The notes under the pieces were generated by a model that was given only the letters and a program-made list of their open reading frames with translations, had not been told where the DNA came from and did no database searches. A program made the position numbers and the translations under genes. From contig JBIKUX010000020.1 in the NCBI GenBank assembly GCA_044347345.1, positions 1 through 50,224 of the forward strand: a stretch of DNA of 50,224 bases, written 5' to 3'. The stretch comes from Bdellovibrionota bacterium. Its GTDB lineage: Bacteria; Bdellovibrionota_C; UBA2361; JBIKUX01. Of the stretch, positions 39,345-48,755 are shown piece by piece (within the stretch, counting starts at the first letter, position 1; every line of letters begins with the position of its first letter).

Positions 39345-41234
39345 ATGCGTATCTCCTTTATATCAACAATGGCAGCGGTAACTTGGGGGGGTAGCGAGCT
39401 TCTCTGGCATGAAACTGCTCAAGCTGCTTTACAAGCTAAACACGAGGTATTTACTCTTACGCCAGATATTCAACCTAGACCCTCAGCAATTGATGAGCTA
39501 ATTAATGCGGGTGCGACATGTTTTTTTTGGAACTGCTTAAACCGCACTTCTGAAATCAATGTCGAAGATATACTGCCAGAATTTTATCCGTACCAACCAC
39601 TGATTGACTGGAGGCCTGACTTAGTCGTAATCAGCCACGGTGGCATGTTAGACATAATTCATGGGCATCTTTTACTGGCGAAACTCCTCCTTACTCAATT
39701 ACTCCCATATGTGGTTATCATTCAGGCAAATACCGAGCAATATAAACCTAGTGATACATTAAGGCCAATTATTAAAGCCTACTTACTCGGAGCAAATTCA
39801 GTATTTTTTGTATCCAAACAAAATAAACAAATCGCTGAAAAACAACTTGTTTCAAGTATTAATAATGCTCAAATAATTAACAATCCTATTAATTTACCTG
39901 CCCCTACCTCTCTTGCATTCCCCGAACTTACAAACGAAACGACAATACAATTTGCATCCGTTGCACGTCTTGACATCGCTTGTAAAGGCCAAGATGTTCT
40001 TCTTGAAGTGTTATCCGACCCGGTGTGGCGAGAGCGAAACTGGCATTTAAACTTTTTTGGATTAGGGCCAGACGAGCATTATCTGAAAGAACTTGTTCAG
40101 TTTTATCAACTACAGAATAAAGTAACTTTTAAAGGTTACGTACAGGATATTAAAGCCATCTGGGATCAGCATCATTTGCTCCTTTTACCCTCTCGCATCG
40201 AGGGCACCCCACTAGTATTACTCGAAGCGATGGCCTGCGCTCGAAGCGCTGTAGTGACTGCAATTGGCGGCAATGGAGAATGGATTCGTGATGAAGAATT
40301 AGGATATGTAGCAGAAGCTCCTTTCCCTTCTCTATTTAGTAAAGCCATGGAACGAGCTTGGAGCGACCGTAATCGTTGGAAGCTTTTAGGAGAGAGATGT
40401 CACCGCTATTTTAAAAGTCGCCATGAAGGGCGCCCAGGTTTAACCCTTCTATCTTTCATAACTTCGATTAAGAAAAATAAGGCTAAATCAACTAGTATTG
40501 ACGATGAAAAACCTCTTGTCTCAATTATCGTGCCTTGTTACAAGCTAGGCCAATATCTATCAAATTGCATAACAAGCATTGCTTACCAGACTTATCTTAA
40601 TATCGAAGTTATAATTGTAAATCCATCTAGTCCCGATTGCACTCTCTCAATAGCGGAATCTCTTGCACGTGATTATCCAGATCGCAGAATACAATGTTTA
40701 ACTACTGAACATTTTGGGCAACCAGCACTTTCTCGGGCTGCGGGTGTACAATTAGCACGAGGAGACTACCTACTATTTCTTGATGCTGATGATATGATTG
40801 CTCCTACTTTTGTTGAAAAAACTGTAGCTGCACTAGAGAAAGAACCTACGGCAAAAATTGCTTTTCCAAATTATCAGAGTTTTGAAAAATCAAATGATAT
40901 CTCTCGCACCGGACCATTAACTCTCGAGGCTATTGCTATTCAGAATAGGCTACCAATTTGCTCGCTGATGAGGCGTTCTGTCTGGGATGACGTAGGGGGA
41001 TTTACAGATAATTGCCCTGGGTTTGAAGATTGGGATTTTTGGATTTCTTGTGCTGAGCTTGGCATGCAAGGCATTCACATCCCCGAAATCCTTTTTTATT
41101 ATCGAGTTAGAAATGGCAGCTTACTTACGAAAGCTAAACAACAAAGGGAAAAACTCACAGCTCAGCTTATACTTAATCACCCTTCTATCTATACAGAGGA
41201 AACTATTCGTTGCGCAAAGGAGATCCTAGCATAA
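39345..41234 (+). CDS. Bifunctional glycosyltransferase, GT4 + GT2 fusion
   Basis: N-half WGGSE, KGQD, PSRIEGTPLVLLEAM (GT4); C-half VSIIVPCY, FLDADD, EDWDFW (GT2). Confidence 0.9.
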   Translation: MRISFISTMAAVTWGGSELLWHETAQAALQAKHEVFTLTPDIQPRPSAIDELINAGATCFFWNCLNRTSEINVEDILPEFYPYQPLIDWRPDLVVISHGGMLDIIHGHLLLAKLLLTQLLPYVVIIQANTEQYKPSDTLRPIIKAYLLGANSVFFVSKQNKQIAEKQLVSSINNAQIINNPINLPAPTSLAFPELTNETTIQFASVARLDIACKGQDVLLEVLSDPVWRERNWHLNFFGLGPDEHYLKELVQFYQLQNKVTFKGYVQDIKAIWDQHHLLLLPSRIEGTPLVLLEAMACARSAVVTAIGGNGEWIRDEELGYVAEAPFPSLFSKAMERAWSDRNRWKLLGERCHRYFKSRHEGRPGLTLLSFITSIKKNKAKSTSIDDEKPLVSIIVPCYKLGQYLSNCITSIAYQTYLNIEVIIVNPSSPDCTLSIAESLARDYPDRRIQCLTTEHFGQPALSRAAGVQLARGDYLLFLDADDMIAPTFVEKTVAALEKEPTAKIAFPNYQSFEKSNDISRTGPLTLEAIAIQNRLPICSLMRRSVWDDVGGFTDNCPGFEDWDFWISCAELGMQGIHIPEILFYYRVRNGSLLTKAKQQREKLTAQLILNHPSIYTEETIRCAKEILA

Positions 41235-41399
41235 CCGCCAACAAAGTGAGCGAATGCAATACACCTAGCCTTAGGTGTCCCATACTCGGCAAGAAGAAAG
41301 AATTGATACTATTGAATAGAGCATCGCAAAAGTCCCTGAATGTGGGGGTAGGAGAGTATTATTGCAATCTCAGAACCGCCAAGACCCGTGATGTTCAAT

Positions 41400-41855
41400 A
41401 TGGAAGAGTGTAGTAGCAGATATCTCTCGTTTGAAGAAGTAAAGGAACACGTTAAGTAGCGGATGCTATGGTTGTCGGCAAGCTATCGTCGGACAGTGGG
41501 GAAATCTTCTTTCGGGAGAAAGCAAACCGCACGGGCTTTTTTCCGCGTGTAAAGGATTGTTTCATAGACAACCCTACCAGCTGCTTACTTGAGCATCCGT
41601 TGATAGATCTGTTAAAGCAGCGGATCTACTTAGTTAATGCAAGCTACCATGATCTAAATGAACACGATGCACTAAAACGCAACCCGAAGTCTCAGCTGCG
41701 TCAAGGTAGTGCGGGTGGATGTATTTATTGATTGCCTGTACAATCTCCCCAAGAATAATCGTCCAAGAGATTTCGTCATTAATTTGGATGCAAATGAGAC
41801 TGTGCCAAATGAGACTGTGCCAAATGAGACTGTGCTGTTTATCGGCGCTCAATAA
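41400..41855 (+). pseudogene. Degraded IS1380-family transposase
   Basis: Three frame segments: MEECSSRYLSFEEVK (41400); LSSDSGEIFFRE...CFID...EHPLIDLLKQRIY...YHDLNEHDALKRNP (41468 frame); VDVFID...RPRDFVINLDA-NETVP repeats-LFIGAQ* (41709-41855). These match IS1380 motifs SSDGG, HxxxxLLxQR, YEDxND and LDLDATD...GxQ. Confidence 0.8.
41791..41835. repeat. Perfect 15-bp tandem repeat x3 (CAAATGAGACTGTGC)
   Basis: Units at 41791, 41806 and 41821. Confidence 0.95.
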
Positions 41856-41881
41856 TTCTCTCACTCAAATTCTCTCACTCA
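41854..41881. repeat. Perfect 14-bp tandem repeat x2 (AATTCTCTCACTCA)
   Basis: Units at 41854 and 41868, followed by a degenerate TCACTCA. Confidence 0.85.
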
Positions 41882-42250
41882 TTCAATCACTCAGCACTCT
41901 TAAGGGTAAAAACAACTTAACCACTCTCCCCTCTACTAAGTTAGTGATTCAAGAAATAATAAGCAGTATTTCTTAATCGAAAATTGCTGACAACAAAATT
42001 TATTTATCTGTTACTCTTTTTTCTCAAGCTAGCCAAACCCTTAAAAATACAATTTATTTAGAAAATATCTGGCAAAGTAGCTAGCAACAGATAACAAAAA
42101 AATGAAAGCTAACTATCTAAATTTACTAAAAATTCTAGACTTAGAGCACATTACTAATTACTTGATAATATCACGGGGGCAACATATTTTATAACAATTT
42201 TTTACTCCTTATTTATTTAAAGAATCCTTAAATAAAATAACCCTTTCTTC

Positions 42251-42851
42251 ATGACTACAACTACGCCTAATCCATCCAAGTTTACTACACTTGCTGAAAC
42301 AGATTTGGAGTTAACTACAAAACACCTGCAAAAACTTCAACTGCATCTTTATACCGTAAATAAACAATGGCCAACTGTATTTGTTATCGAAAAATATCCT
42401 AATAGACAATTTATTTTGTATGATACCAACGGGAATAAATACAAGTTTTTATTACAGAACAATACCGTAAAATTCAACAATCGGGACTTAACAACAAACA
42501 AAGCTCGGAGTTAAAAGCACAAGTTAAAAATTTTATGGGCTAGTCTTAAACAAGTAGATATAAAAACGGCTGCTCAAGCGTTGCCAAATTTAAGTGACTA
42601 CTTTAAAAAATTTCGCGCTGTATTAGACAACTATAAAAACGATGACCAATATATAGGCTTGTTTAATAAATTTAATAGTCTACCCAATAACGTCCGTGAA
42701 CAAATTTTACTTTATACAGAAGAACTCTTGATCAGTAACAACAACGCCCATTATATTAAACCGTGAGTTATCAGTTACTAGAGGTACGATTCTCTTAATT
42801 GGCTTGATAATAGTCGCATCCTTATTAATATTAAGCATTATTTTGCTGTAA
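42251..42851 (+). pseudogene. Probable pseudogene of an unknown protein with C-terminal membrane anchor
   Basis: ORFs 42251-42514 and 42581-42766 are in the same frame, separated only by TAA at 42512; a +1 frame near 42762 continues into TILLIGLIIVASLLILSIILL* (stop 42849-51). Confidence 0.5.
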
Positions 42852-42982
42852 ATACACCACGATAAACAGGGAACACAACCACCATTAAAGCACTAGCAGA
42901 ACGGCTTACTAAACAAAAAAACGGCTTGTAAAGAGCTTTAAGCTAAAGGTCTGGGTTGATGGTAAATCCGATTCTTTCAGCT

Positions 42983-43906
42983 CTAATTTGTTTTTTCTAG
43001 TTCAGTAGCAAGGGCTAAATAATCTTTAACTGAGAGAGTCTCAGCTCTTCGGTCGCGTAAAATGTTAGAAGCAAGCAAAGCTGCTTCAACTTGCTCTGCT
43101 GTATAAAGACCTGACGCCCTTAAACTATTATGAATCATTTTTCTGCGTTTACAAAAAGCAGCATGAACTACTTTGGAGAATTTATTATAACAATAACCTC
43201 CCAAGGAATCGGCATTTTCAAATTCAAGAATGACAACTCTAGACTTAACTTCAGCAGATGGGAAAAAGGCATCACCAGATATAATTGGACCTAAAGTAAC
43301 CTTAGCTACAGCCTGTACCATCACTGATGGTACTCCGTATACTCTGCCATTAGGGGAAGAAGCAAGACGTTCCGCTACTTCTTTTTGCAATAAAAAGACA
43401 GCTCGCTCAATTACAAAACGATGCGTCAAAATATGAAATAAAATATCCGTAGTTTGCGAATACGGTAGATTGCCAATTACGACCAAAGGACAAAATCCTT
43501 TACAGTTTGGAATCCTAGGTTCTGGATAAGAGGCAATCTCAGAAAAATTAACCGTCGTAACATCAGCCTCTAATACACGTGCTGATGGATACTTAACTCG
43601 AAGCTGCTCAACGAATTTAGGCTCAATCTCAATTAAAGTTAGAGACTCTACAGAGCTAAAATACTCAGTGAGTGCTCCTAGACCTGCGCCAATTTCTACT
43701 ACATGGCGCCCAGTTACATCTCCAACACATCCAAAAATTTTACTCAAAAAGGTTTTATCTAAAAGAAAATTTTGTCCTCGCACGCGATTGGGGCGAACGT
43801 TTAAAATTTTTAGCTGATGCTCAACTTCTTTCTTACCTTTAAAGATAGCATTATCTTTACTAACGGCACTTACCCTATGGGGTGCTTTACGGACTCGAGA
43901 GGCCAT
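42983..43906 (-). CDS. rsmA: 16S rRNA m6,2A dimethyltransferase KsgA/RsmA
   Basis: GQNFL, VEIGAGLGALT, IGNLPY, LQKEVAERL, RRKMIHNSL, RRAETLS. Confidence 0.93.
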   Translation of the reverse strand: MASRVRKAPHRVSAVSKDNAIFKGKKEVEHQLKILNVRPNRVRGQNFLLDKTFLSKIFGCVGDVTGRHVVEIGAGLGALTEYFSSVESLTLIEIEPKFVEQLRVKYPSARVLEADVTTVNFSEIASYPEPRIPNCKGFCPLVVIGNLPYSQTTDILFHILTHRFVIERAVFLLQKEVAERLASSPNGRVYGVPSVMVQAVAKVTLGPIISGDAFFPSAEVKSRVVILEFENADSLGGYCYNKFSKVVHAAFCKRRKMIHNSLRASGLYTAEQVEAALLASNILRDRRAETLSVKDYLALATELEKTN

Positions 43907-45042
43907 CGACTCTTTGCTCCTATCTTATAATCCAAATCATGATGATGACTGACCGATGCCCCCTTCACGAAAACACTTCCTCCGCTTACTCGACATAATC
44001 GTAAGCAAGCCGCAAGACCAATCATTGCTGCATTATCTGTACAGAAGCGATATTCTGGCACTATAACAGAGACTCCTCCTGGCACCATAGATGATAGAGC
44101 CATCCTAAGTCTATTATTAGCGGCTACGCCACCTGTTACCACAACTCTTCTAATACCACTTTCTTGTACCGCTTTTGATACCTTTGAAACTAAACTGAGC
44201 ACTATAGCTTCTTGAATCGCATGAGCCAAAGCACATTTAGTGGCGTGAGTCAGACGCTCTCCCTCTCCTTTTTCTTCCGAATCTGAATTTTTAAGGCGTT
44301 CAATAAGAATAGCACTAGCAGTCTTTAAGCCTGAAAAACTGAATCCATCTTTACCTTGCATTGGAATAGGTAAACTAAACCTAGCACTATTTTCACTATC
44401 CGATACTGCATCAGCTAGTTTCGCTAACTGTGCTCCTCCGGGATATGTTAAACCTAGAAGATTAGCTAGCTTATCAAAGGCCTCACCTGCTGCATCGTCA
44501 ATGGTTTGACCAAGCAAATGATATTCGCCAAAATCTTCCACACGATAAAGAGCCGTGTGACCTCCAGATACCAGTAACGCCAAGTGAGGGAATACAGGCT
44601 TAACAACACCAGGCGATAAATATGGCGCAACTAAATGCCCCTCAAGATGATTAACACCAAGAAGTGGAACTTCTTGACGCAGAGCCACCCCTTTGGCAAA
44701 ACTTATCCCAGTTAGTAAACAGCCCAAAAGCCCGGGGCCTTGAGTTACAGCTATAACGGTCACTTCGTTAAGTTTTACTTGAGCTTCATCAAGTGCTCTT
44801 TTTAAAATTATCGGTAAAAGACGAAGATGCTCACGTGATGCAAGCTCGGGAACGACTCCCCCATACTCTGCATGAAGATCAGTTTGCGAAGCTACAACTG
44901 ATGATAAAAGACGGATAGGCGGAAATTCATTATCTAAACCCCCTTTAGATGACACTCTTTGCCAATCTAAAATGGCTACCGCAGTTTCATCACAACTAGT
45001 TTCAAATGCAAGAAGAAGCCCTGCATTAGACTCAGTAGTCAA
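43870..45042 (-). CDS. tsaD: tRNA N6-threonylcarbamoyladenosine transferase TsaD
   Basis: ETSCDETA, GGVVPELASREH, GPGL, NHLEGH, LLVSGGHT, DDAAGEAFDK, FSFSGLKT, GGVAAN, CTDNAAMIG. Confidence 0.96.
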   Translation of the reverse strand: MTTESNAGLLLAFETSCDETAVAILDWQRVSSKGGLDNEFPPIRLLSSVVASQTDLHAEYGGVVPELASREHLRLLPIILKRALDEAQVKLNEVTVIAVTQGPGLLGCLLTGISFAKGVALRQEVPLLGVNHLEGHLVAPYLSPGVVKPVFPHLALLVSGGHTALYRVEDFGEYHLLGQTIDDAAGEAFDKLANLLGLTYPGGAQLAKLADAVSDSENSARFSLPIPMQGKDGFSFSGLKTASAILIERLKNSDSEEKGEGERLTHATKCALAHAIQEAIVLSLVSKVSKAVQESGIRRVVVTGGVAANNRLRMALSSMVPGGVSVIVPEYRFCTDNAAMIGLAACLRLCRVSGGSVFVKGASVSHHHDLDYKIGAKSRWPLESVKHPIG

Positions 45043-45128
45043 TGTTTACCTCGCCAAAAAACCCCACGCGCATGCACACAAACATATATATACCATCTTC
45101 TACTTTTTTCTAACGCTCAGAAATATTA

Positions 45129-46076
45129 TTATTCTTTATAATTATCACTCGATTCGGCGTTTTCATCTAATTCAGTTGACCCTTTCAGCAAAAAGCTAGC
45201 TATATCAAGTAAATCTTGCTCTTCTGCATTTTTATAAAAAGCAACAGGGCAAAATTTATTGTCAATATATCTTCCATCAACTGTTTCCCCACTACGAAGA
45301 AACCGAACTAATGCCGCCTTATCCCAAGATCTTAAGCCTGTAACACTAGATACCTCAAGAGACGGAGCAATTCGCTGCTCTTTTGAGCCGTACTTAAAGA
45401 CTCTACCGCCTGATAAGTAACCTACACCTGAATACTCAGAACCAGGAGAATTGTGGCATGAGCTACATCTAGCTACATGATCAACAAGATACTTACCACG
45501 AGCGATATTGAATCTCCGAGGAATTTCTGGCACACCTCCTAAATTCTCTCGATTTACATCGAGAAAACCTACAGTATTTCTTGCTATAAACCCTATTTCT
45601 CTTCTTTCGCTCTTACCGGGTAAAGGTGGTAAACTGCGTAAATAAGAAGCCACTGCAAAAAGATCAGAGTCACTCATCCATTGATATCCCTCATGCATCT
45701 CATCAGACACTTCACGATTATTAGGAGCAAGGCCACCTCGTAAAACACGAATTATATCCTCATCCTTCCAATCTTTTAATCCATGACGATGAGGAGTTAA
45801 ATTAGGAGCTATTACCTCTCCGTATCTATCTGACAACTTTTGCCCACCAATAAGCACAGCATCTGGTCGCCTATCAGCTTCTCCGTGGCAAAACCCACAG
45901 GCAGCAAGCCCGCGGACAATGGAGCCTCCTCTCTCAACCCATTCAGACTGACTAGGCACTACTCGTGACTCAACTGGAACTCTTTGGCAGGCCACTACCA
46001 AGATACTAAATAAAAAAAGATGGATAAAAATTTTAGATTTCGTATGCATTCGATTTTTGTAGCTATACTCAGGCAA
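45129..46076 (-). CDS. Diheme c-type cytochrome lipoprotein
   Basis: Lipobox LVVAC; CGFCH and CSSCH; APNLTP; duplicated RG..L...C..CH / DL..IA.(Y/F)L domains. Confidence 0.88.
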   Translation of the reverse strand: MPEYSYKNRMHTKSKIFIHLFLFSILVVACQRVPVESRVVPSQSEWVERGGSIVRGLAACGFCHGEADRRPDAVLIGGQKLSDRYGEVIAPNLTPHRHGLKDWKDEDIIRVLRGGLAPNNREVSDEMHEGYQWMSDSDLFAVASYLRSLPPLPGKSERREIGFIARNTVGFLDVNRENLGGVPEIPRRFNIARGKYLVDHVARCSSCHNSPGSEYSGVGYLSGGRVFKYGSKEQRIAPSLEVSSVTGLRSWDKAALVRFLRSGETVDGRYIDNKFCPVAFYKNAEEQDLLDIASFLLKGSTELDENAESSDNYKE

Positions 46077-46107
46077 TATCCTAAGGACATCACTATCCGA
46101 AACTCGT

Positions 46108-47097
46108 TTAAAATAACTTCGATTGCATTAGGATACCGAGAAAATGATCAAAAGAAAGAGATATACCCCCAACAATGTCAGAAGTATCATTGATTAACAC
46201 ACCGATTGTTCCAACAGGGCCTATTTTTGGGAGCAAAAGCACGGCTGTAATAACTCTCCTGGATATTTTACTGGCTCCTCTTTCTTCCAAGCGGTCATAC
46301 ACGAGAAGAGTGGGAGTATTTCCAAAATGAGAAACAACCTCTTTGAGATCTCCGTAACTCAACTCTGCTAAATTAGCGCTTAATTTACTTGAAATGGCTA
46401 CTGACTGACGCCGTGCTTGAAGAATTTTAATTGCGTCTTCCTCTGATACTACGGCAAATCCCTCACTGATCAATCGATTAAGGCGGTTAATGGATGAGGA
46501 AAGAAGCGTTAGTTGTGCCTCACACTGCTTAATAGCGGCAGAAATTGTCGATGTAATTACTGTTTCAAATGAAGAAACTAACTTTAACCAAGATATATCA
46601 ATTATACTCTCTAAAGTTGCAGACTCATGCTGTGAAGATGTAGCAAGGTCTTTGGGAAAAAGCTTGCATGGTAACTTATCAAAGTTTATTGAAGTAACTT
46701 CAAAAATTGTAGAGGCAAGGGAAGTGTCTACCGAATCTTTTGCTTGGTCATTAAACTTTGCTTGGTCATTAAACTTTGCTTGGTCATTAAACACTGAGCC
46801 ACAAAGTAACTGACTCTTGAGACCCGCAAATTTAAATCGCTCCCTTGAATAGACTCCCTTAACATGGTTCTTAACATTGTTCTTAATATTGTTGTTCGAC
46901 TCGATAGTTAAGTCTGGAAGATGCCCTTTACATGATATCTTACGAATACTCACCGCACCCAATGCACTAAGGGCATCACGTAAATACTTACGAGTCCATG
47001 ACCTAATCTCTAGGAAAGCTGACCAGCGTTCTTGAAGTGCACCCGAAAAGCCAGATAATTCATCAGCTACTAAATTACTACTCTCTGAATTGTTCAT
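46108..47097 (-). CDS. Hypothetical protein with in-frame tandem repeats
   Basis: 329-aa ORF between ECF sigma and cytochrome genes; FNDQAK x3 and NNIK/NNVK/NHVK repeats. Confidence 0.6.
   Translation of the reverse strand: MNNSESSNLVADELSGFSGALQERWSAFLEIRSWTRKYLRDALSALGAVSIRKISCKGHLPDLTIESNNNIKNNVKNHVKGVYSRERFKFAGLKSQLLCGSVFNDQAKFNDQAKFNDQAKDSVDTSLASTIFEVTSINFDKLPCKLFPKDLATSSQHESATLESIIDISWLKLVSSFETVITSTISAAIKQCEAQLTLLSSSINRLNRLISEGFAVVSEEDAIKILQARRQSVAISSKLSANLAELSYGDLKEVVSHFGNTPTLLVYDRLEERGASKISRRVITAVLLLPKIGPVGTIGVLINDTSDIVGGISLSFDHFLGILMQSKLF
46739..46792. repeat. Perfect 18-bp tandem repeat x3 (TTTGCTTGGTCATTAAAC)
   Basis: Units at 46739, 46757 and 46775; encodes FNDQAK x3 on the minus strand. 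Confidence 0.95.
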
Positions 47098-47225
47098 CGT
47101 ATTTTAGCAACCACCGCACCCAAAGTTAGCGTGAAGGTTATTAAATAATTCAGCACGGGTTATACATTAACCAGATTAAACAACGATTTTTTCAACTAGA
47201 TGGCGAATTAGGATAAGAGACTTCA

Positions 47226-47888
47226 TTACATATTTGAAGCAATCAAATCATTTAAATCTCCTAATTCTCTGTGTCCCTCTAAATTTGTATCTGTAGGTTC
47301 ATTGAGGTCACGATATTCTGCATAAAAGCGAGCTAAAGATTTTCTTAACATTAATCTAGACCGATGAAGTCTGGACTTTACCGCCGGAATTGAAAGCTCA
47401 AGTATTTCTCCAACTTCTTTGCTACTCAAACCGTCAATATCTCTTAAAACAAAGACTGGGCGATATTCATCTGGCAGACTGGTTATGGCTCTTTCAAGAG
47501 CCTGAGATACTTGTAAACGGGTTGTACCCGACTCACCTTCAATATGATAAGCCGGAGTTGTAGAGGGAGTATTAGAAACTTGCACCGCCTCATCTTCAAT
47601 AGACACACTTTGATCTTGTCGCTTTTTTCGTAATTTCATCAAGCTTGAGTTAACCGTCACACGGTAAAGCCAGCTTGAAAAAGACGACTTTCCCTCAAAG
47701 CGATCAATTTTTCTAAAAACAGTCACAAATACATCCTGAAGCACTTCTTCTGCATCTTCACCATTCCTGGTAAGGCGACTCGCTAAGCTGTAAGCCTTTG
47801 CGCTATACCTTGACACTATCTCCTCAAAAGCATGGGTGTCCCCATTTTGGAAGGCGGCAATCAATTCAAGGTCACTCTTCTTTTCCAT
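47226..47888 (-). CDS. ECF (sigma-70 group 4) RNA polymerase sigma factor, RpoE-like
   Basis: DAEEVLQDVF, FEGKSSFSSWLYRVTVN, LPDEYRPVFVLRDIDGLS, VKSRLHRSR. ATG at 47888 preferred over the ORF start at 47915. Confidence 0.92.
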   Translation of the reverse strand: MEKKSDLELIAAFQNGDTHAFEEIVSRYSAKAYSLASRLTRNGEDAEEVLQDVFVTVFRKIDRFEGKSSFSSWLYRVTVNSSLMKLRKKRQDQSVSIEDEAVQVSNTPSTTPAYHIEGESGTTRLQVSQALERAITSLPDEYRPVFVLRDIDGLSSKEVGEILELSIPAVKSRLHRSRLMLRKSLARFYAEYRDLNEPTDTNLEGHRELGDLNDLIASNM

Positions 47889-48289
47889 CTTTACCCCGTA
47901 CCTCGTTCCCACCAAGACCGTTTTTGCAACACCACTTTAATTACGACGTTAAGTGATTTCCGAATTTAAAAGGTTGGGAGATCAAGATTCGAGCCAAAAG
48001 GCAAAAATATAGCTAAAGCAACCTTTCTTGCTAAATATCAAATATTACTTAATCTTTTTATTTTAATTCTCAAATCATGTTAGCAGATTTGTTATTGGCG
48101 TCAGGAAGTTGCCTATAGACTTTTGGATTTATTGACATAGGAGGAAAAAATGACCTCAGTCTCCACTTTTTCCTCTTCCGGTAATCGAACATTTAGAGCT
48201 TTATGTGCAAAAGATATATTTTTATAATTTTGATGTAGTATCTTTTTAGGCCATTAACGATACAGCAACTTACGAAAACGAGACTTACG

Positions 48290-48736
48290 ATGAAACTTTA
48301 TACTAGGGTCAATTTATGCATTCTTCCATTGTGTACCATACTCATAGCCTCATGTGCACCGCTAAATGATGGGGGCTACGGCAACTACGGCTACGACAGA
48401 GATGATTACTACCAAAATAGACGATATCAACCATCTGAAAATTATTATAGAGACAGAGACAGGTACAGACAGCGCCAAGAATGGGACCGAATTCAAGAGG
48501 AACAAGATAAAATTGAAGATGAGAGACGACGACTTGACGACGAGAGATTAAGAATTGAGCGTGACCGACAAAGAGTTCAACCATCGTTAGCACCACCACC
48601 AGCTCCTCCAGCACGACCTGAGGAGAGATGCCCACGCGGATTTAGTCCAAGTGAACAAAAATGTAGTAGAGAAGAAAGGAAGCGCGGTTGCCAAGATATG
48701 AGGCTACCTGGCGGGCTAGGATGTGTTAAAAGATAA
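48290..48736 (+). CDS. Hypothetical lipoprotein with C-terminal 4-Cys module
   Basis: Lipobox LIASC; Tyr/Arg/Asp-rich tract, charged coiled coil, poly-Pro linker, then CPRGF..C..C..C. Confidence 0.7.
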   Translation: MKLYTRVNLCILPLCTILIASCAPLNDGGYGNYGYDRDDYYQNRRYQPSENYYRDRDRYRQRQEWDRIQEEQDKIEDERRRLDDERLRIERDRQRVQPSLAPPPAPPARPEERCPRGFSPSEQKCSREERKRGCQDMRLPGGLGCVKR

Positions 48737-48755
48737 CAATATAAAATTAGGTAAC

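Noticed and set aside
41791..41835. Repeat clusters here and at 46739 and 48756 as possible CRISPR arrays
   Set aside because: Units are 15-18 bp and directly abutting with no spacers; no cas genes in the window.
41634..41976. ORFs 41634-41864 (-) and 41719-41976 (+) with HSLIW or QMRLC repeats
   Set aside because: Alternative-frame readings of the IS1380 remnant and its tandem repeat.
42004..42094. Imperfect inverted repeat TTATCTGTTAC / GCAACAGATAA as a possible MITE or structured RNA
   Set aside because: Only 10 of 11 matches in very AT-rich DNA, no target-site duplication or second copy seen.
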